DNA from: Thermodesulfobacteriota bacterium
Lineage (GTDB): Bacteria; Desulfobacterota; Desulfobacteria; Desulfobacterales; SURF-7
Assembly: GCA_049320885.1 (NCBI GenBank)
Contig: JBMORA010000009.1
Location: 96,001 to 160,000, forward strand
Direction: 5' to 3'
Length of the DNA stretch: 64,000 nt
Shown here: positions 51,781 to 60,843 of the stretch, one piece after another
How positions within the stretch are numbered: the stretch's first letter is position 1
Layout: every line of letters begins with the position of its first letter
Notes under the pieces: model-generated
What the model was told of the DNA's origin: nothing
Databases searched by the model: none
The model's input: the letters and a program-made list of their open reading frames with translations, nothing else
Made by a program: the position numbers and the translations under genes

Positions 51781-53268
51781 CTAGTGATCCAGATCCCGGA
51801 AGCGATTCAATTCGGCCAATGCCTCCATGTCCTTTTTATATAATGCCTTCCAGCCGACTTTGCGGACAAGTCTTTCGTAATGGCGCTTCAGGAACGGTTT
51901 GAAGGCGTACACCCAGATGGCGGTCCACAACTTGCCCTGGTCGCGGGTGCGCCGGGTCGGATCCCACCAGCCCAGCACATTCTGGCGGTGATACCAGAAC
52001 AGATATTGCAAGTCCTCCGCCTCCAGGTGGCGGGTCCGGACGTTGGCCCATAGCCCGTTATAGCGCTTATAATCCGTACGGTTGGCCACCAGACCCTGGT
52101 CGATCAGTTTTTGGCGCATGCCGGTTTTGGGATACGGGGTCAGGATTTGGACGTAGGCGGCATCCGTCTGGATGTCATTGAGAAACCGGTAATTCTCGAT
52201 GATGGCGGTTTCGTCGTCGTCCGGGAAGCCGAAAATCAAACCGCCGATGACCATGATGCCGTATTTGTGACAGTTCGCAACCGCCTTGCGGGAGGCGTCC
52301 ACGATATTGCCCTTCTGGGCGGCTTCCAGGTTTTTTTGGGAGGCGTTTTCTATTCCCAGGAAAACGGATTTGAACCCGGCCAGGGCCATTTTCCGGACCA
52401 TCTCCTCTTCCCGGGCCATGGTCAGACAGTCCGCCTGGACCACGATGTTCAGATTTCGGTATTTCCTCGCGATAATGGCGTCGCACAGCTCGATGACCCG
52501 TCCGGGATCCAATACCAGGTTGTCGTCCACAATAAAAACCCAGCGGGTCTTGCGGTTGTGGTAGATGTCGTCCAGATCCGAAAGGACCCTCTCCAGGGGA
52601 AAGACACGGAAGGATCTTCCGTACATATGCTTCATGCTGCAGTAATTGCAGTTGCGGGTGCAGCCCCGGGACGTCTCCATCAGCTCAATTCTGGAATACA
52701 TGATGTGATAACCCCAGGTCAGGCGGCGTTTGTCGCGGATGGGCAGTTTGAGGGCGGCGAGGTCCAGGTTTTCCGATCGCGGATTGTGCACGAACACGCC
52801 GTTCTCCTTGTAGGAGAGGGAAGGGATCGCGCGGATGTCGTCTTCATCGGCAAGGGCGTTGACCAGCCGCCGGCAAGCTTCCTCCCCTTCCCCCCGGATC
52901 ATGAAATCGATCCAGCGGGCCTCCTCGGAAGCGGCGATTTCCTCGCTCATCAAGGTGGCATGATAGCCGCCGATGACGATCTTGACTGTCGGCCGGAGCT
53001 GTTTGATCAGACGGATCAGGCGGACACAGGTGTCATACTGCCAGGCCATGGCCGACAGGCCCACGAGGTCCGGCTGGATGCGGGTGATGATCCGGGTCAC
53101 ATACCGACGCAGCTTTCGGCGCTCACGGATGAGATCGACAATGTAGACTTCATGGTGGTCATCGATGTTGCCGCCCACGCTGGCGATTCCGTGGCCGGGC
53201 ATGTGGATGGCGGAATGGTGAATGATCATCGGCGCCACATCGGGCATGGACATCAGGATGACTTTCAT
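51781..53268 (-). CDS. Cobalamin-binding radical SAM enzyme
   Basis: B12-binding region (DLVGLS, GGYHAT, GEGE), SRGCTRNCNYC, DDNL and TPYPKT. Confidence 0.9.
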   Translation of the reverse strand: MKVILMSMPDVAPMIIHHSAIHMPGHGIASVGGNIDDHHEVYIVDLIRERRKLRRYVTRIITRIQPDLVGLSAMAWQYDTCVRLIRLIKQLRPTVKIVIGGYHATLMSEEIAASEEARWIDFMIRGEGEEACRRLVNALADEDDIRAIPSLSYKENGVFVHNPRSENLDLAALKLPIRDKRRLTWGYHIMYSRIELMETSRGCTRNCNYCSMKHMYGRSFRVFPLERVLSDLDDIYHNRKTRWVFIVDDNLVLDPGRVIELCDAIIARKYRNLNIVVQADCLTMAREEEMVRKMALAGFKSVFLGIENASQKNLEAAQKGNIVDASRKAVANCHKYGIMVIGGLIFGFPDDDETAIIENYRFLNDIQTDAAYVQILTPYPKTGMRQKLIDQGLVANRTDYKRYNGLWANVRTRHLEAEDLQYLFWYHRQNVLGWWDPTRRTRDQGKLWTAIWVYAFKPFLKRHYERLVRKVGWKALYKKDMEALAELNRFRDLDH

Positions 53269-53310
53269 GGTTCCTCTCTTTGTATCGGTTTCGGTACGCT
53301 CACCGGCATG

Positions 53311-54126
53311 TCAGTCCGGACCGGCCGTATCCGCAGGACCGGGGTTCCGGGTCTGGGGCTCCAGCAACTGCCTAACCTTTTCCATTACTTGGGATGTCGA
53401 CCCGGAGGGCCCTTGCCTGTCCGGGGGAAGGATGCCCATCAGGTCGACCCGGATGGGACTGCCGCCGCAGGTATGAAACAAGAAACGGCCCGGCTGAAAC
53501 AATTGATCCGTATTCCGGATGCGGACCACAGCGATGGGGGCGCCGTGTCTTCTGGCGATGGAGAAGGCCCCTTTGTTGAATTCGCCCAGGCGGCCGTCAC
53601 GGCTGCGGGTGCCTTCGGGAAAGATGAACAGATTCCCCCCGGATGCCAGAAACGCCGGCATGCGGTTCATCTGGCGGATCAGAATGTCGGCGAAGTCCCC
53701 TTTGGCCTCGGAGGGCATATAGCCGGAAAGTTTCAACATCCGGCCGAAAACCGGGATGCCGAACAGCCCGCTTTTGACGATGGTCTTGTGCCTGGGGTAA
53801 ATGGACATCAACAGCAACGGGTCCAGGTATGACAAATGGTTGCTCACCACCACCGAGGAGCGCACGGCTTTCACATCCGGGTGGATTTGCAGTTTCCGCC
53901 AGGGCATGAGGAGCCGGATCAGCAGGAACAAACCCTTGTAAAAAAAATGATTCAAGCGTTGATAGGCCGTTTCCCGCCAGCCGGCGAACGGAAACGCCGC
54001 TAGGTACCAGAGGGCGAAAAACACTAAAAATCCCGCCGTGTAATAGGTCCACAGCACCAGGGTGATGGCCAGATCGGGAATGATCCGGAGCGATGCGGCC
54101 ATGACCGGCGGAATGGTTCGCTGCAT
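53311..54126 (-). CDS. PlsC-like (lysophospholipid) acyltransferase
   Basis: NHLSYLD and FPEGTRS motifs, N-terminal TM. Confidence 0.9.
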   Translation of the reverse strand: MQRTIPPVMAASLRIIPDLAITLVLWTYYTAGFLVFFALWYLAAFPFAGWRETAYQRLNHFFYKGLFLLIRLLMPWRKLQIHPDVKAVRSSVVVSNHLSYLDPLLLMSIYPRHKTIVKSGLFGIPVFGRMLKLSGYMPSEAKGDFADILIRQMNRMPAFLASGGNLFIFPEGTRSRDGRLGEFNKGAFSIARRHGAPIAVVRIRNTDQLFQPGRFLFHTCGGSPIRVDLMGILPPDRQGPSGSTSQVMEKVRQLLEPQTRNPGPADTAGPD

Positions 54127-54127
54127 G

Positions 54128-55366
54128 TCAGGAGTCCGCTTTTTTCAGCAACAGGCAGGTGTTCACGCCGCCGAAGGCGAAATTTTGAATCGCGGCGACG
54201 CGGATGTCGGCTTCCTGCAATTTCGTGGCGTGCCGGATCATGGCGCAGCGTTTGTCGATTTCCACCAGATTCAAGGTCGGGGCGATCCAGCCTTCCGCCA
54301 TCATGTACAATGTCAGGATGGTTTCGATGACGCCGCAGGAGCCCATGGTGTGCCCCATATAACTTTTCAGGCCGGTGACCGTGGGTCCGTCGCCGTAAAC
54401 CCTGGCAATGGCCTGGGCCTCAATGACGTCCCCCATCTTGGTGGCCGTTGCATGGGCGCTGATCAGATCCACGTCGTCGGAAGTGATTTTGGCTTCCGTG
54501 AGTGCCAGCTTCAGGGTCTGGGTGATGCCGTCGATATTGGGCAGGACAAGGTCCCCGCCGTTGTTGTTGCAAGCAAAGCCGATGATTTCGCCGAGGATCG
54601 GCGCACCCCGCCTGCGGGCGAATTCATATTCCTCCAGCATCACGGCGCCGGCGCCTTCGCCGACCACCAGCCCGTCGCGTTGAACATCAAACGGCCTGGG
54701 CGTCAAATGGGGCGTGTCGTTAAAGCGCGTGGAGCAGGCCAGCAGATTGTCGAAAACCGCCACGGTGGTGGTATCGTATTCATCCGCGCCGCCGCAGAGC
54801 ATGGCGTCCTGCAGGCCGTATTTAACGGCTTCATAGCCGAAGCCGATGGACTGACTGCTGGTGGTGCAGGCCGTGGAGGAGGAGATCACCCGGCCGGTTA
54901 TGCCGAACATTTTGGTGATGTTGACGGCCGTCGTATGCACCATGGATTTCAGATAGTCCACCGCGCCGATGGAGGAGAACTTGGTTTTGGAGCCGCTGAA
55001 GAAGGTTTTGTAAATATCCCGCTGGACGGTGGGGCTGCCGTGGGTGGAGCCGAAGGCCACTCCCAGGCGGCCGGAGCCGATGAAGGTGGGTTCCAGACCG
55101 GATTGGGCCAGCGCATCCTTGGCCACCTGACAGGCGTAATACGCCACCGGACCCATGGTTTTACTGTACTGGCGCTTGAAATCGTAAGCGATGGGGTAAT
55201 CCACGGTGCCAAAAACCCCGGACTGAATGTACTGTGAAAGCAGGCCGTCGTCCCTCAGCGGTTTCACGCCGGAAATGCCTTCCAGTAGATGCCGGCAAAT
55301 TTCCTTGGGGGTGTCGCCGATGGGTGTTATTGCAGAACATGCTGTAATTACGACTCTTCTGTCCAT
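54128..55366 (-). CDS. Type II beta-ketoacyl-ACP synthase (FabF/ApeO-like)
   Basis: TACTTS catalytic Cys, HATAT, KSYMGHT and NFAFGG. Confidence 0.92.
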   Translation of the reverse strand: MDRRVVITACSAITPIGDTPKEICRHLLEGISGVKPLRDDGLLSQYIQSGVFGTVDYPIAYDFKRQYSKTMGPVAYYACQVAKDALAQSGLEPTFIGSGRLGVAFGSTHGSPTVQRDIYKTFFSGSKTKFSSIGAVDYLKSMVHTTAVNITKMFGITGRVISSSTACTTSSQSIGFGYEAVKYGLQDAMLCGGADEYDTTTVAVFDNLLACSTRFNDTPHLTPRPFDVQRDGLVVGEGAGAVMLEEYEFARRRGAPILGEIIGFACNNNGGDLVLPNIDGITQTLKLALTEAKITSDDVDLISAHATATKMGDVIEAQAIARVYGDGPTVTGLKSYMGHTMGSCGVIETILTLYMMAEGWIAPTLNLVEIDKRCAMIRHATKLQEADIRVAAIQNFAFGGVNTCLLLKKADS

Positions 55367-55399
55367 GTTTGCCCCGTTAAACCAAAGCGGAAAAGGCGT

Positions 55400-55660
55400 T
55401 CACCCCCGGCTTCTGCGGGAGGCCATCAATTCAATATAATCCAGAATCTGGCGAATGGTGCGAACCTCCATGGCGATTTCCTTTTCTTCGCGGCTTAATT
55501 CCGTGTCCAACATGATCTCGATCTCCCGCAGGAGTTCGATGCCGTCGATGCTGTCAAATCCATGCATATCCCGCAAATCATCGTCCAGGCCCGGGTTGTC
55601 GATCTCGAACGAATCCCTGAAAATCCCCCGTATCCTGGTTTGTATTTCTTCCCGTGTCAT
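55400..55660 (-). CDS. Acyl carrier protein
   Basis: Small acidic protein with GFDSIDGIEL phosphopantetheine site; start placed at ATG 55660. Confidence 0.88.
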   Translation of the reverse strand: MTREEIQTRIRGIFRDSFEIDNPGLDDDLRDMHGFDSIDGIELLREIEIMLDTELSREEKEIAMEVRTIRQILDYIELMASRRSRG

Positions 55661-55843
55661 CAATGCCCGATCTTCCAAATTGAATAAATGAACCGTTTTA
55701 CGCGCCGTCCCGAGCCCGGCCATTCCGTCCTCCGCAACCATGGGCCTTGTCTGCCGATGAAAGGCCAGCGGCGATGTCCATCGGCGAAAACCCCCGATTC
55801 AATACTACACAACCCGACTCAATTCAAAAGAAAAGTGGCGGAT

Positions 55844-56737
55844 TCATCCATCCGTGCCGTTGTTTTCCAGAAACGGCTCAAAATGATACCATTCAAACGG
55901 GTGACGGCGCAGGGCCTGCTCGAGGGTGTCCGCGTACTGCTGGGCTGCCCGCTGGATGGCGGCCTCCCTTTCCGCGCGGGCGGTTGTTTTCAGAAACATG
56001 GGCGGCGACAGGACGAAATGATATTTCCGGGCGTCCAGGCGGAAGGCAAAAAAAATGAACAACGGCGCCCCGGAGACCTGGGCCAGGGTGAAGGGCGCCA
56101 TGGGGAGCCGGATGGGGTGTCCCAGAAAACGGGCGGGAACGGAGCGTTGCTCCGGTTTCCAGATGATGTCTCCGGTCTGAAGGACCAGGCCGCCTTCCCG
56201 GATGAAACGGACCCCCTCCAATATGTCCAGGGGAGACCCCTGGGCTGTATCCACCGCCAGGATGCGGATGCCGCTTTCCGCAAGGTTCTGTTTTTGGAGG
56301 CGTTCGATTTCCTCCTTGTCGCGGATTCCCATATACATCAGCAGACGCATGTCCTGCCATTGGCGCTGCAAGAGATGGGCGGCCACATCCCAGTTGCCCA
56401 GGTGCGACATTAAAATGATCCCGCCGGTTTTGTCGCGCATGGCGGCCTCGATGTGGTCATGGCCTTCGGATGTGAAGCTGATGGCATCCGTCGTCCGCAC
56501 CAGGCAGCGATCCCAGAAAACGGTGGTGAACTGCTGGAACTGCCGAAAAGTGCACCAGAGATGATAATACACGGATCGGCCGGGAAAAAGGGCGCGGTAA
56601 AACCGGAGACCCACGCCCACCCTGCGGGGAAACAGCAGGAAATATCCGGCGGCGATTCCTCGCGCGACAAGGATGAACAGCCAGTCACCCAGGACGGCGG
56701 ACAGCAGGGCCAGAAGACGATAAAAGACCGCCCGCAT
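55844..56737 (-). CDS. LpxL/HtrB-family ACP-dependent acyltransferase
   Basis: SHLGNWD (HX4D), FLG.P and HPFEWYHF. Confidence 0.85.
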   Translation of the reverse strand: MRAVFYRLLALLSAVLGDWLFILVARGIAAGYFLLFPRRVGVGLRFYRALFPGRSVYYHLWCTFRQFQQFTTVFWDRCLVRTTDAISFTSEGHDHIEAAMRDKTGGIILMSHLGNWDVAAHLLQRQWQDMRLLMYMGIRDKEEIERLQKQNLAESGIRILAVDTAQGSPLDILEGVRFIREGGLVLQTGDIIWKPEQRSVPARFLGHPIRLPMAPFTLAQVSGAPLFIFFAFRLDARKYHFVLSPPMFLKTTARAEREAAIQRAAQQYADTLEQALRRHPFEWYHFEPFLENNGTDG

Positions 56738-56738
56738 G

Positions 56739-57572
56739 TCAAGACTCCCGTATCGGGCAGGGGGCGGGCCGTCGGCGCAGGCGCCCCGGAAGAAACAGTC
56801 TCAGGACGATCAGGCGTCCGAATGTGGCGGTATTGCGCATGAAATCCACGAAGGGCCGGAAATGGGAGATTCTTCGCCCGCCGGATTGATAGACCACCCC
56901 CACCGGTATTTCTGTTACGGGCAGTCCTTTCCACTGCGCTTTTACCAGCACTTCCACCTCAAACTGGAACCTCCGGGAGCGAACCCCCAGGTGCAGCGTC
57001 TCCGGCAGCGGATACAGCCGGAATCCGCTTTGGGAATCCGTCATGCGCGGTCCGCCCGCGGCCCATACCCAGAAATTGGAAAACCCCCTGCCAAAGCGGC
57101 TGGTCCAGGGCGCTTTTTCGGTCCGCATGCCGGTGCGGCGCCCCACAATCAGGGCGCGTCCTTCCGTCATGCTGGCCCGGATCAATAACCGTGCGTCCCC
57201 GGGGTTATGCTGCCCGTCGGCATCCAGGGTGACGGCCCAGTCCGCTGTTTCAGCGGCCTTCACAAGACCGGTCACGATGGCCGCGCCCTTGCCCAGATTG
57301 CGGTCATGACTCATTATCCGGATGCCGTCCATTGTCCGGAGGATGTCGCCGGTCTTGTCCGTGGAGCCGTCATTCACCACGATCACCGGAAGCCGCAGCT
57401 TCAAGGTTTCGCGGACAACCTCCGCCACCTTGCTTTCATGGTTGTAAACCGGAATCACCACTGCGATGCGGTGACGGGAAACAGGGGCGCCGCCTTCCAT
57501 GGCGGCCGATGGATGCCCCTCGGCAGGGGCGGGGCGGTTTCCGGCCCCAGCGCTTTCCCGGTTATTCTCCAT
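56739..57572 (-). CDS. GT2 glycosyltransferase
   Basis: IPVYNH, VNDGSTD, GKGAA, DADGQH and DSQSGFRLY. Confidence 0.9.
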   Translation of the reverse strand: MENNRESAGAGNRPAPAEGHPSAAMEGGAPVSRHRIAVVIPVYNHESKVAEVVRETLKLRLPVIVVNDGSTDKTGDILRTMDGIRIMSHDRNLGKGAAIVTGLVKAAETADWAVTLDADGQHNPGDARLLIRASMTEGRALIVGRRTGMRTEKAPWTSRFGRGFSNFWVWAAGGPRMTDSQSGFRLYPLPETLHLGVRSRRFQFEVEVLVKAQWKGLPVTEIPVGVVYQSGGRRISHFRPFVDFMRNTATFGRLIVLRLFLPGRLRRRPAPCPIRES

Positions 57573-57927
57573 ATACCGTAACGGTTTCGGTCTTCCAGAC
57601 GCCTAGAATATTAAAAATTTCCTTGTCGGCAAAATAGACGGTACGCAGGTGGTGCTTCCGGGCGATATCCCCGATTCCATTGGAGTCGATTTCAGCATAG
57701 AACCCGTAACCGGAAAACGGCTCTTTGACCTGGATCATCCGGCCGTTATAATCCTTGGATACAACCGTGGGGGTTTGATTCAGATTGGTGGTGAGCGGAA
57801 CCGTCACCCAGGTAAACACCGCGCCGGGCAACATTTTGGCTGCGCATCCCATCAGCAGGGGCGGCAGGAGCACCAGCATGGTCAAAAGAGTCAGAGGGTT
57901 GCTCTTGGGGTAACCTTCAGTCGCCAT
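57562..57927 (-). CDS. TRL-like lipoprotein
   Basis: Lipobox LMGC, G..FT..T.PL, and ending ADKEIFNILGVWKTETVTVYGE; start placed at ATG 57927. Confidence 0.65.
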   Translation of the reverse strand: MATEGYPKSNPLTLLTMLVLLPPLLMGCAAKMLPGAVFTWVTVPLTTNLNQTPTVVSKDYNGRMIQVKEPFSGYGFYAEIDSNGIGDIARKHHLRTVYFADKEIFNILGVWKTETVTVYGE

Positions 57928-58219
57928 ACACCACCACCCGCCAGCGGGTATACAGCCCCAGGGCGACTTGAAAAATCTCCTGGTCGGCATGGCGCATGAC
58001 CGTGATGTTGCCGTTGCGCGCCGCGGCGGCGTAACCCGCGTCACCCCAGGCCACCAGCCACAGAACGCTGTAGGCTTCCGCCGTACCGACCTTGGTTCCC
58101 AGCTCCGTCCGGTCCAGATCGATATCCAGGGGGGTTTTGGTGTTGACATAGGCGCAGCCTCCGAGACACGTGAGCAGTATCCCCAAGACCAGGATCGTTC
58201 TGCCGGGATGGGTTTTCAT
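57917..58219 (-). CDS. TRL-like family lipoprotein
   Basis: Lipobox LGGC, SVLWLVAWGDAG..AAA.NG.I, and ending ADQEIFQVALGLYTRWRVVVYGD. Confidence 0.78.
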   Translation of the reverse strand: MKTHPGRTILVLGILLTCLGGCAYVNTKTPLDIDLDRTELGTKVGTAEAYSVLWLVAWGDAGYAAAARNGNITVMRHADQEIFQVALGLYTRWRVVVYGD

Positions 58220-58395
58220 GATGGCATACCTTTATCAAGAATTACGATTTGTTGAACCGCAGCGGTCCAGTTCTATTTTGTCTATAACACGCCGGACCGT
58301 AAATTTCTATGGATTCCTCGGAGGCGGATAGCGGGTCCTGATGCAGTTAAAAGCAGGGCCTTTCGGAATACGACGATCCACAATTTTTTCAGACC

Positions 58396-58424
58396 TTGAC
58401 ATGGCCATATTGATGGCCTATTAT
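58396..58424 (+). promoter_or_regulatory. TA operon promoter with twin operator boxes
   Basis: TTGACA-17 bp-TATTAT; ATGGCCAT (58401-58408) and ATGGCCTA (58413-58420) lie across the spacer. Confidence 0.75.
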
Positions 58425-58430
58425 ATTGCC

Positions 58431-58673
58431 ATGATTCATGTCAATATCGCAAAATTTAAAGACAACATCAGCCAGATGCTGCTTTTGGTCGAAAAGGGAC
58501 AAGAGATTGCCATATGCAAGCGCAATGTTCCCATCGCCAATTTGGTGCCCATTGAGCGGAAGAATATTTCCAACCGTACGCAACTCGGCTGCGGAAAGAA
58601 AAGTGTGAAGATCAAAGCCGACCCGACCCTGCCGATGATACCGGAAGATCATTGGGACATGTTGACGGAATGA
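58431..58673 (+). CDS. Phd/YefM family antitoxin
   Basis: VNIAKFKDNISQML..VEKGQEIAICKRNVPIANLVP; ATGA-coupled to the PIN toxin. Confidence 0.88.
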   Translation: MIHVNIAKFKDNISQMLLLVEKGQEIAICKRNVPIANLVPIERKNISNRTQLGCGKKSVKIKADPTLPMIPEDHWDMLTE

Positions 58674-59062
58674 AGCTGATTCTCGACACTTGTTGTATCC
58701 TCTGGTCTGTATCCGATCCGGATTCCCTGTCCAAAACCGCCAGATTGCTGCTGCAGGACGAGAAAGCGGAGATTTTTGTTTCACCCATCAGTTCCGCCGA
58801 GATCGCATGCGCCACCGAGAGAGGCAAGATCGAGCTGGATCGTCATTGGAAGGTATGGTTCCGTCACTTTGTCACTTTGAACGGCTGGGGAGTGGAAAGC
58901 ATTGATTTGGCGATCATGGAGGAGGCTTATTCTTTACCGGAGAGGTTTCATGCGGATCCAGCCGATCGAATTATTACGGCGACCGCCAGACTTCGCAACT
59001 ATACGCTGGTGACCGCCGATCAGAAAATTCTTTCCTACCCGCACGTCAATGCCATATGGTAG
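58670..59062 (+). CDS. vapC: PIN-domain toxin
   Basis: LILDT, SPISSAEI, HADPADRIITATA and LVTAD. Confidence 0.9.
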   Translation: MKLILDTCCILWSVSDPDSLSKTARLLLQDEKAEIFVSPISSAEIACATERGKIELDRHWKVWFRHFVTLNGWGVESIDLAIMEEAYSLPERFHADPADRIITATARLRNYTLVTADQKILSYPHVNAIW

Positions 59063-59124
59063 CGGTTGCTATGTCAGCAGCCGGCCTCTCATGGTTGACT
59101 GGTACCGCATCCGGCTTCCCATTG

Positions 59125-60843
59125 TCATGGTAAAAACGCCAGGCCCCATGTTCCCGGACCCATGTGGGCTCCGGATGTCAGGGAAAGGGGTTGCAGGAGG
59201 ATTTCCGCCTTGGGGTACCGTCGGGTGATCTCGGGCAGAACGGTTTCCGCCACCCAGGGACGGTTGTCCGAGTATTCCAGCATGATCATCGGGTTGTCGG
59301 CCGCCGTGAATGTCGCCTGGAGTTTTTCCAGGGCGAAAAGGACCTGCTCCTTCCTGTTTTTCACCACCCCGGCTTTTTGAGCGCCTTCCGCCCGGGGGCT
59401 GATAATCGGCTTCATGTGCAGCAGATCGCCGAAAAACCCGCTGGTTTTGGACAACCGGCCTCCGGCCGCCAGGTATTTCAGCCGTTCCAGAAAAATATAT
59501 TCCTCGCATCGCTGGATGGCGGCGGCGGCGAAATCCAAAACCCGGCGACCATCCGGTTCCGTCAGGGCAAGCCGGGCCGTTGCCAGGGCGATCATCCCCA
59601 GTCTGCCGGAAGCGGCCGTCGAGTCGATGATGGTCATGCGATCCTCGGGATCATTCTCCATCTTCCAGGTGGTGGCGATATCATGGTTGCCGGTATAAAC
59701 GGAGCCGACGCAGAGGTAGAGCACCCGGCGGTAGCGGCTCAACGCGCTGGCATAGCACTGATGGCGCTCGAAAACCGAAGCCTGGGCCGTGGAGACTTTC
59801 ACCCCCCGGCGCATGGCGGCATAGAGTTCCCGCGGGTCGGCCAGGGTTTCCGGAAGGCAGTTCTCACCCATGACGAGATAACTGTCCAGCAGGGTCATCC
59901 GGTACTTGCGGGCATCCTCCTTGGTCAGGGAGCCGGCGGCGTCGGTCATGATGTGAACCGCCGCCTCGTCGGGCAGGGGGGCGCCGCCGACCCGGTTGTC
60001 CAGCGGTTCATCCGACCATTGCAGAACATCCCCCAGGGATTCGATGGCTTTTCGGGCCGCATGACGATCCGACGTGTGCAGATGAATCTTGATCCGGGAT
60101 TCTTCCGGAATCACGACGACACTTTCGCCCAAGGCCGACAGGGCCTTCACATCCGTATCGGACATGCGTTTCATCTTCACCAGGGTGTCGACACAATATC
60201 CTTCGGCTGCCACGGCCTCAAAGTTCCGGGCAATCCGCAGCCGGCCGGAAAAAATCTCGGTGACGGGCGCAACGGTGACGGATCGGTCCGCCAGATGCCG
60301 GAAAAAGCCGTCGAGGTAAATATACATCCCCAGCGCCCCGGCATCGACGACACCGGCGTCCCGCAACACCGGCATCATATCGGTGGTGGAACGGACCGTG
60401 GCCTGCAGATAGTCGATCAAGGAGCGGCAGAGGGCTTCGTCCTCGAAGGGAATGGGGCGGTGTTGCTGCCGGCCCATGAATTCCGCGAGGGCGTCGAAGA
60501 CGGTCAGCATGGTGCCGGGTTTGGGAGCCACCACTGCCTTCCGGGCCGCGTCCCGACCCGTCTTGGCAGCTGCATGCAAATCCGCGGGCGAGCCGCAAGC
60601 CAGCAGCTCGTTGAGAAAGCGATTGGCGATGTTGCCGGAATTGCCCGTTGCCGCGCGCAGCAGGTTGCCGGCCACGGCTTCCAGGTTGTCGTTCATCCGG
60701 CGCAGGGGCGCCAGGCTGATTTTCAAATTCCGGCCCGTATCCGCATCGGCCACGGGGAATACATTGATCTGATCCAGCAGGTCGGTCCAGGAGACCAGGC
60801 ATTCATATCCGGTGACAAAGGCCTGCCGCAGCCGTCCATCCAT
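59125..60843 (-). CDS. DAK2 + DegV fusion (fatty acid kinase FakA/FakB-like)
   Basis: N-terminal INVFPVADADTGRNL, GNSG, GTMLTV, VVDAGA, KIHLH; C-terminal DegV IMTD, STAQ, IDS, GGRL, KPII, AHMGPG. Confidence 0.88.
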   Translation of the reverse strand: MDGRLRQAFVTGYECLVSWTDLLDQINVFPVADADTGRNLKISLAPLRRMNDNLEAVAGNLLRAATGNSGNIANRFLNELLACGSPADLHAAAKTGRDAARKAVVAPKPGTMLTVFDALAEFMGRQQHRPIPFEDEALCRSLIDYLQATVRSTTDMMPVLRDAGVVDAGALGMYIYLDGFFRHLADRSVTVAPVTEIFSGRLRIARNFEAVAAEGYCVDTLVKMKRMSDTDVKALSALGESVVVIPEESRIKIHLHTSDRHAARKAIESLGDVLQWSDEPLDNRVGGAPLPDEAAVHIMTDAAGSLTKEDARKYRMTLLDSYLVMGENCLPETLADPRELYAAMRRGVKVSTAQASVFERHQCYASALSRYRRVLYLCVGSVYTGNHDIATTWKMENDPEDRMTIIDSTAASGRLGMIALATARLALTEPDGRRVLDFAAAAIQRCEEYIFLERLKYLAAGGRLSKTSGFFGDLLHMKPIISPRAEGAQKAGVVKNRKEQVLFALEKLQATFTAADNPMIMLEYSDNRPWVAETVLPEITRRYPKAEILLQPLSLTSGAHMGPGTWGLAFLP

